Origin: Macrostomum hystrix
Taxonomy: Eukaryota; Animalia; Platyhelminthes
DNA: 64,000 bases
NCBI GenBank assembly: GCA_950097015.1
Contig: CATNEN010000033.1
Span: 310,001 to 374,000, forward strand
Reading direction: 5' to 3'
Below the pieces are notes generated by a model. The model saw nothing but the letters and a program-made list of their open reading frames with translations, had not been told where the DNA came from and made no database searches. Positions 49,101 through 58,100 of this stretch are shown piece by piece (position 1 is the stretch's first letter; every line of letters begins with the position of its first letter). A program made the position numbers and the translations under genes.

Positions 49101-52100
49101 ATATTTTGTTATAGATAATAGATAATAGATAAAGAAGCAGACTGGAGATTTATTCTCATATCAAATTTCCCAAAGAAGCTGATCATTGTGAATGGTATCA
49201 AATGAGGCTGCTTCAATAGATTGCGTGCCTGCCTAGCCGGTCAGGCAATTGCCGCACTAACTATTGGTTATTATCTGCACTCAGGCTAACTCCACTTTAA
49301 GTTTATTTTTAGTAACAAAAGGGCTCTTGTTTAAAAATAATGCTATATTTCTACTTCACCGTTCATCTGTTGCCTTCTCTTTGATTTTAGATGTTGAGGT
49401 TTAAAGATTTAAACGAAACAATATTGAACTGTAATGTCTAGTTAAAAAAATTACGCTCTAGAAGTCTCAAAAAAGTTAAAAATTATGTGCACGTACGCTC
49501 GGATGCAGGGCTGAGGCAACCCATAGACTATTGGCAGGGCTGAGGCAACCCATAGACTATTAGCAGGGCTGAGGCAACCCATAGACTATTGGCAGGGCTG
49601 AGGCAACCCATAGACTATTGGCAGGGCTGAGGCAACCCATAGACTATTGTCAGTGTTGAGGCAACCCATAGACTATTGGCAGGGCTGAGGCAACCCATAG
49701 ACTATTGGCAGGGCTGAGGCAACCCATAGACTATTGTCAGTGTTGAGGCAACCCATAGACTATTGGCAGGGCTGAGGCAACCCATAGACTATTGGCAGGG
49801 CTGAGGCAACCCATAGACTATTGGCAGGGCGGAGGCAACCCATAGACTATTAGCAGGGCTGAGGCAACCCATAGACTATTGTCAGTGTTGAGGCAACCCA
49901 TAGACTATTGGCTGGGCTGAGGCAACCCATAGACTATTGGCAGGGCTGAGGCAACCCATAGACTATTAGCAGGGCTGAGGCAACCCATAGACTATTGGCA
50001 GGGCGGAGGCAACCCATAGACTATTAGCAGGGCTGAGGCAACCCATAGACTATTGTCAGTGTTGAGGCAACCCATAGACTATTGGCTGGGCTGAGGCAAC
50101 CCATAGACTATTGGCAGGGCTGAGGCAACCCATAGACTATTAGCAGGGCTGAGGCAACCCATAGACTATTGGCAGGGCTGAGGCAACCCATAGACTGTTG
50201 GCAGGGCTGAGGCAACCCATAGACTATTGGCAGGGCGGAGGCAACCCATAGACTATTAGCAGGGCTGAGGCAACCCATAGACTATTGTCAGTGTTGAGGC
50301 AACCCATAGACTATTGGCAGGGCTGAGGCAACCCATAGACTATTGGCAGGGCTGAGGCAACCCATAGACTATTGGCAGGGCTGAGGCAACCCATAGACTA
50401 TTGGCAGGGCGGAGGCAACCCATAGACTATTAGCAGGGCTGAGGCAACCCATAGACTATTGTCAGTGTTGAGGCAACCCATAGACTATTGGCAGGGCTGA
50501 GGCAACCCATAGACTATTGGCAGGGCTGAGGCAACCCATAGACTATTAGCAGGGCTGAGGCAACCCATAGACTATTGGCAGGGCGGAGGCAACCCATAGA
50601 CTATTAGCAGGGCTGAGGCAACCCATAGACTATTGTCAGTGTTGAGGCAACCCATAGACTATTAGCAGGGCTGAGGCAACCCATAGACTATTGTCAGTGT
50701 TGAGGCAACCCATAGACTATTGGCAGGGCTGAGGCAACCCATAGACTATTGGCAGGGCTGAGGCAACCCATAGACTATTAGCAGGGCTGAGGCAACCCAT
50801 AGACTATTGGCAGGGCTGAGGCAACCCATAGACTATTGGCAGGGCTGAGGCAACCCATAGACTATTGGCAGGGCGGAGGCAACCCATAGACTATTAGCAG
50901 GGCTGAGGCAACCCATAGACTATTGTCAGTGTTGAGGCAACCCATAGACTATTGGCAGGGCTGAGGCAACCCATAGACTATTGGCAGGGCTGAGGCAACC
51001 CATAGACTATTAGCAGGGCTGAGGCAACCCATAGACTATTGTCAGTGTTGAGGCAACCCATAGACTATTGGCAGGGCTGAGGCAACCCATAGACTATTAG
51101 CAGGGCTGAGGCAACCCATAGACTATTGGCAGGGCTGAGGCAACCCATAGACTGTTGGCAGGGCTGAGGCAACCCATAGACTATTGGCAGGGCGGAGGCA
51201 ACCCATAGACTATTAGCAGGGCTGAGGCAACCCATAGACTATTGTCAGTGTTGAGGCAACCCATAGACTATTGGCAGGGCTGAGGCAACCCATAGACTAT
51301 TGGCAGGGCTGAGGCAACCCATAGACTATTAGCAGGGCTGAGGCAACCCATAGACTATTGGCAGGGCTGAGGCAACCCATAGACTATTGGCAGGGCTGAG
51401 GCAACCCATAGACTATTGGCAGGGCGGAGGCAACCCATAGACTATTAGCAGGGCTGAGGCAACCCATAGACTATTGTCAGTGTTGAGGCAACCCATAGAC
51501 TATTGGCAGGGCTGAGGCAACCCATAGACTATTGGCAGGGCTGAGGCAACCCATAGACTATTAGCAGGGCTGAGGCAACCCATAGACTATTAGCAGGGCT
51601 GAGGCAACCCATAGACTATTGGCAGGGCTGAGGCAACCCATAGACTATTGTCAGTGTTGAGGCAACCCATAGACTATTGGCAGGGCTGAGGCAACCCATA
51701 GACTATTGGCAGGGCTGAGGCAACCCATAGACTATTGTCAGTGTTGAGGCAACCCATAGACTATTGGCAGGGCTGAGGCAACCCATAGACTATCGGCAGG
51801 GCTGAGGCAACCCATAGACTATTGGCAGGGCGGAGGCAACCCATAGACTATTAGCAGGGCTGAGGCAACCCATAGACTATTGTCAGTGTTGAGGCAACCC
51901 ATAGACTATTGGCAGGGCTGAGGCAACCCATAGACTATTGGCAGGGCTGAGGCAACCCATAGACTATTAGCAGGGCTGAGGCAACCCATAGACTATTGGC
52001 AGGGCTGAGGCAACCCATAGACTGTTGGCAGGGCTGAGGCAACCCATAGACTATTGGCAGGGCGGAGGCAACCCATAGACTATTAGCAGGGCTGAGGCAA

Positions 52101-55100
52101 CCCATAGACTATTGTCAGTGTTGAGGCAACCCATAGACTATTGGCAGGGCTGAGGCAACCCATAGACTATTGGCAGGGCTGAGGCAACCCATAGACTATT
52201 AGCAGGGCTGAGGCAACCCATAGACTATTGGCAGGGCTGAGGCAACCCATAGACTATTGGCAGGGCTGAGGCAACCCATAGACTATTGGCAGGGCGGAGG
52301 CAACCCATAGACTATTAGCAGGGCTGAGGCAACCCATAGACTATTGTCAGTGTTGAGGCAACCCATAGACTATTGGCAGGGCTGAGGCAACCCATAGACT
52401 ATTGGCAGGGCTGAGGCAACCCATAGACTATTGGCAGGGCTGAGGCAACCCATAGACTATTAGCAGGGCTGAGGCAACCCATAGACTATTGGCAGGGCTG
52501 AGGCAACCCATAGACTATTGGCAGGGCTGAGGCAACCCATAGACTATCGGTGTAGTTGAGGAAGCCCATAGACGATTAGATGGGTTGAGGCAACCCATGC
52601 ACTGATTGCTCAGTAGATTGAGGCAAACCGTTTTTTAGAATCGCTTCTCTATAAAATTTCTTCCGCCTAGTTTCTACAGTATTTTATTTTGTTTGATTTT
52701 GTTGATGCTCTAGAAAATACGAGTAATTATTTTAATTGGACCCTGAAATCTAGTTTGAGGTCTTTAAAGATGTTTTTCGAAAAAATCGCTGTTGGTAATT
52801 TAGTTTAAGATGTCACTTTTTTCTTTGCCTAATTGGAATTGAGCCAGACTCATTGACATCTCCGATATTCTTTGTCATTCAGTCGGATATTACTCGATTC
52901 AGTTGGCTGCAATAGAAATATTAGCTGCTTGTTTCTGCGCTGTGAATGGGTGTTTTGTTTCTCAAAGCCCGCATCAATCTCGCCCCCATCCACCCGCTAG
53001 GCTAAGCTGCCCTTTCCTCTTATCGATCCCATTTCGATCTTCTCCGTCCGCAGTCAGCCAGCAGGTGAGCGGCGGATTTTCAACCTCGGCCTCTAGCTCG
53101 GCGTTGGCCACCGCAGCCAACTGGGCTCTAACCGATGACGTCATTGACAGCGGGGCCAGTCGGAGCGCCAGTAGGTCCAGCCTGTCAGCTTCGGCTGATA
53201 GTTCAACTGTAACAGCGACTGCAGCCAATAGCCGAATTAGCAAAAGCGTCAACAATCGCAGTCACAGTCACATTAACAATAGCAATGTTGGTGGCGGCGA
53301 GGGCAGTGGTGACTCAGATCACGATGGTAAGTTTTTTTTTAATTAACTTACTTATTGCTGGGGATTGTAGCCCAGCGGTTAACAGTAGGCAGTGGCAGGG
53401 GGTATTTGAAATACCTCCCCCTAGTATTTCTACTATTAGTGGCTTCATAATTATGATCAGAAGGTCGGGAGTTCGAATTTTTGCTGAATGGAAAAAATTA
53501 TTATTTCCTTGTGGCTTTAGTTTACCAAGCTTTAAAATTGGGTAACCAGTGTGGGGGCTACCTTCAGTTCTTTAGAAACGCCGCGCAATAGCTGTACATA
53601 CTGGCTGTACATACTGGCTGTACATACTGGCTGTACATACTGGCTGTACATACTGGCTGTACATACTGGCTGTACATACTGGATTATGTACCTCAACCAA
53701 ACTTGCTTCCTGTCTTGTACTATTTTTTCGACTGGTATCGAACAAGCTGGCAGATTTTCGCAGGCCTGAAAATTTCGGAGAGCCTGTCGGCCAGCTGGTT
53801 ACACGAGGGGTGCCCGAGCGTCCTGGAATTCACCTTATTATAATAATAATGATTGTTTTAGGAGGTCTGCGGGCAATGGCACGTCACTTAGTGAAACTAG
53901 ACCCGCAGCCGGCGAGGAGGCAATGCTGCCCGTTTCGCTGACTCCTGACTCGCCACAGAGACGGAGTTGATTTGGGAACCGTTGGTGGGACAGTGTATTC
54001 CACGCTTTTGAATCTTAGCGGTGGGCACTGCGTAGACGAAATATCGTCCGCCTTGCTTATGGCTTCAAGAACCCCCATTGGTGTCCATCGCACTGTTATA
54101 AATTAAGCTGGCATAAGGGATGTTAATACTTGTTATTGCCGTGCTATTAAATTCGAATTTCCCTATTTTTTAATTTCTTTTTTTAATAAAAATTATTCTG
54201 CAGATCGAGAACGCACTGGGAGTACCGCAAAAAGTCGCAACAGTTCCGATGTTCAACAGCAGCAGCAGCAGCAGCCGGATGTGCTCGAGGGAACTGCGAC
54301 ATCGCGTCAGGAGCGGGAATTATTTCGCAAATTCTACGCCGAAAACACGGCTGCCGAGGATGCAAGCGAAGCCGGCAGCGTCGGCGAAGCCAATGTCAGC
54401 GTCGAGAGCGCCGCCACGGCCACTCTTGAGGAAGCCGCGATGCCACCGGATGTGACAGCTGGCTCCGCGCTGGAGGCGGCTTCAGAGCCGAAGAAGACGC
54501 GGCAGCAGAGTGAGCAGAGGCAGAATAGAAAGAAGGAGGCGTCCAACTCGCAGACGGCGCTCGCCAGTGACGATTCCGCCGCGCCGCACCGTCTCCTTGG
54601 CGCCCTCATCGGCCTAGTAACGGAGATTGTGCGCGGCCTGACCGATAGCCAGCTTGAGCAGGTGCTCAGCCAGGTGCTACGCCTAGAGTCTATCATAGCT
54701 TTAGCTTTGCATCCGTGCGCCGAGGTTCGAATCCGGGTTGCTCAGCTATTCGCCGCCTACGCGACTCGAGCCGCGCAGGCGCGCTCTCTGGCTGGCCGCC
54801 TGGCCGAACTCAAAGCCTTCGTGCTCACTGGCAACCAGCTGCGCCAGTATCCGGCCAGCCAGCAGCTGTGGTCTGTGGCAGCCGGCCTAGTGCTGGGCAG
54901 TCCGGTTCCCGTGCCCATCGACCAGCCCTGGGAGGCTCTGGCAGCATTCTGGAAGCGCCCGCCCAACAGTCTGCAACGCCGGTCCGCTCCGCTACTGCTG
55001 GCCCTGCTTGAGCAGTCTGCTCACAATGGCCGCTTATTCTACTATGGCGTCAGCCTACTCAGACAGCTTTTGCACAACAGCGGGCCAGATTGGACAGGCC

Positions 55101-58100
55101 TCATGATTGAGTCTGGCCTAGTTGAGTCCATCGCGAATGGTTTATGCGCTTTCTTTACCAATGCGACGGCGGCATCCGCAGATATGGATGCTGAACCAGC
55201 GGAAGATGCCGACGGTGGAACGAATTTCAGTCTGCGAGTGCTTGGCGAGATTGAACTGGCCATGGCTAGCGTGGCTATCCACCTGTTCTACAGCCCGGAC
55301 GCCATGCATGCTCGCCTGTTCGACGATTTATTGCGCCTGTTCGCCGCGCTGGACGCTCGCATGATCGGGCGGCACGGCTGCGCCTGCGAGGCTGGCGAAG
55401 CGACCAGACACGTCCTGCTGCACATGCTGCTGGCTGTCCTGCACCGCCTGTTCGCTTGCACCGGCCGCCCAGCCAACGAGTTGATGCCGTTCGAGCAGCA
55501 GCTGGCTGGCAAGCGGTCCAGCCTGCAGCTGGCCGAGTCGCTCAATCCGCTCCAGTTTGTCGACTCCCAGAAGCTGCGCGACTTTGCCGCCGCTGCGCCG
55601 ACCACTGGGCTGGCAACAACTGCTTCTTCTTCCGAGCTGGCCTTGTCAATGACCGCATCGACTTCGTCAGTGTCGCAGCAGCAGCAGTTCACTGCCAGCG
55701 GAGTTGCCAATCCAGCCGATCATCAGTCGACCTCGTCGACAACTTCAGCTGCTTCGTTGCTTGGCGTCGGCGGCGTCGGCGGCGGCGGCATCGGCTCGGA
55801 GTCGGGTCGCACCGCGGAGCTCGGCGCCAGGCTGCGTCGCCTGCTGCCAGCGCTGGCGGACGCCCTGATCCTGCTGCCGCCCTTGGAGGGTCGCCTGACC
55901 CAGACGGTCCGCCTGGCCGCCGTGTTCGAACGCTCCATCTTCGAGCTGCTCCTTCGCGGCCTGTCCGAGTGCCTGGGCAAGAGGCGCAGCCCGCAGTGGC
56001 ACCTGCTGATGCTGCAGGTCAGGGACCCGCTGAAGGTGCAGCTGTACCGCTTGCTGGCCCACTTGGTGTCCTCGGCTTCGTCGCCGGAGCAGCGCCTATT
56101 CGCAGTGCACACTTTGGCAGCCGAGAGTCGAGCTCGCGACCTAATAAGGCTGTGCTGCTCGGCCAGCGGACAGGCCTGCGTTTCGGCCGACTGGAGCCCG
56201 GAGGCCGGCCTCGCCAATCTCTACAGCCTGCTATCCGACATGCTCACCCTGCCGGAGCTGCAGTACAGCAGCGTGCGCGACGATCTAGTCAACCTGTTGA
56301 ATGTCCTGCGCGAGGCCGGAGCCGAGGCCGCCGACCCTCCAGCCAGAGCCAAGGCCAGGCGGACCTGGCAGCTGGGCCTGGCCGAGGCCGCCCTGGCCTT
56401 CGACGCTTCGAGACAGGCGGGTCTGGAGGCTTGGATGGCGCGGCTGCGGGCGGAGGCAGGCAAGCTCAGCCACCTGGCTATGGACGTCACCAAGCTGGTG
56501 GTGGCGGCGCAGAATGCACAGCGCAAGCGCCTGCTGGACGATATGAAGGTGGGTCCGTGTGTCATTTTATTTGAGTCTGTAATAGTCTGTGACAGTCTAT
56601 GTGAGTCTGTAACAGTCTGCGACAGTCTATGCGTGTCTGTAACAGTCTGCGACAGTCTATGTGAGTCTGTAACAGTCTGTGCCAGTCTATGTGTGTCCAG
56701 TCTATGTGTGTCTGTAACAGTCTGCGACAGTCTATGTGAGTCTGTAACAGTCTGCGACAGTCTATGCGTGTCTGTAACAGTCTGTGACAGTCTTTTGTGT
56801 GTCTGTAACAGTCTGCGACAGTCTATGCGTGTCTGTAACAGTCTGCGACAGTCTTTTGTGTGTCTGTAACAGTCTGTGCCAGTCTATGTGTGTCTGTAAC
56901 AGTCTGTGACAGTCTATGTGTGTCTGTAACAGACTGTGCCAGTCTATGTGTGTCTGTAACAGACTGTGCCAGTCTATGTGAGTCTGTAACAGACTGTGCC
57001 AGTCTATGTGTGTCTGTAACAGACTGTGCCAGTCTATGTGTGTCTGTAACAGACTGTGCCAGTCTATGTGAGTCTGTAACAGACTGTGCCAGTCTATGTG
57101 TGTCTGTAACAGACTGTGCCAGTCTATGTGAGTCTGTAACAGACTGTGCCAGTCTATGTGAGTCTGTAACAGTCTGTGCCAGTCTATGTGAGTCTGTAAC
57201 AGTCTGCGCCAGTCTATGTGTGTCTGTAACAGTCTGTGCCAGTCTATGTGTGTCTGTAACAGTCTGTGCCAGTCTATGTGTGTCTGTAACAGTCTGTGCC
57301 AGTCTATGTGTGTCTGTAACAGTCTGTGCCAGTCTATGCGTGTCTGTAACAGTCTGCGACAGTCTATGTGTGTCTGTAACAGTCTGTGCCAGTCTATGCG
57401 TGTCTGTAACAGTCTGTGCCAGTCTATGTGTGTCTGTAACAGTCTGTGCCAGTCTATGCGTGTCTGTAACAGTCTGCGACAGTCTATGCGTGTCTGTAAC
57501 AGTCTGTGCCAGTCTATGCGTGTCTGTAACAGTCTGTGACAGTCTATGCGTGTCTGTAACAGACTGTGCCAGTCTATGTGAGTCTGTAACAGACTGTGAC
57601 AGTCTATGTGTGTCTGTAACAGTCTGTGCCAGTCTATGTGTGTCTGTAACAGTCTGTGCCAGTCTATGTGTGTCTGTAACAGTCTGTGCCAGTCTATGTG
57701 TGTCTGTAACAGTCTGTGCCAGTCTATGTGAGTCTGTAACAGTCTGTGACAGTCTATGTGAGTCTGTAACAGTCTGTGCCAGTCTATGTGTGTCTGTAAC
57801 AGTCTGTGCCAGTCTATGTGAGTCTGTAACAGTCTGTGACAGTCTATGTGAGTCTGTAACAGTCTGTGACAGTCTTTTGTGTGTCTGTAACAGCCTGTAT
57901 ATAAAAAGCTGAAATATTCCGTTTACTTCTCGTCTCGTCTCTCTTGATGATTGATTTCTGTCTGTCAACAGTTGAGAAGTTGCAGCGATCTTCTGTTGCT
58001 ACGGTGTCAGATTAATCTATTTGTTTAGCTTAAGAAAATTGTGCCACTAGCACGCACATTTAATCATAAACTAACTTTCCGCTTAACTTTTTTCTCGATA

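Noticed and set aside
45892-56574. Overlapping antisense and alternate-frame ORFs on exons 15 and 17
   Set aside because: Shadow ORFs expected from GC-rich coding sequence.
56549-57968. Read-through of exon 17 into VTVCDSLCES repeats
   Set aside because: A GT donor at 56549 joins exon 18 in phase, with spacing that matches recalled LYST.
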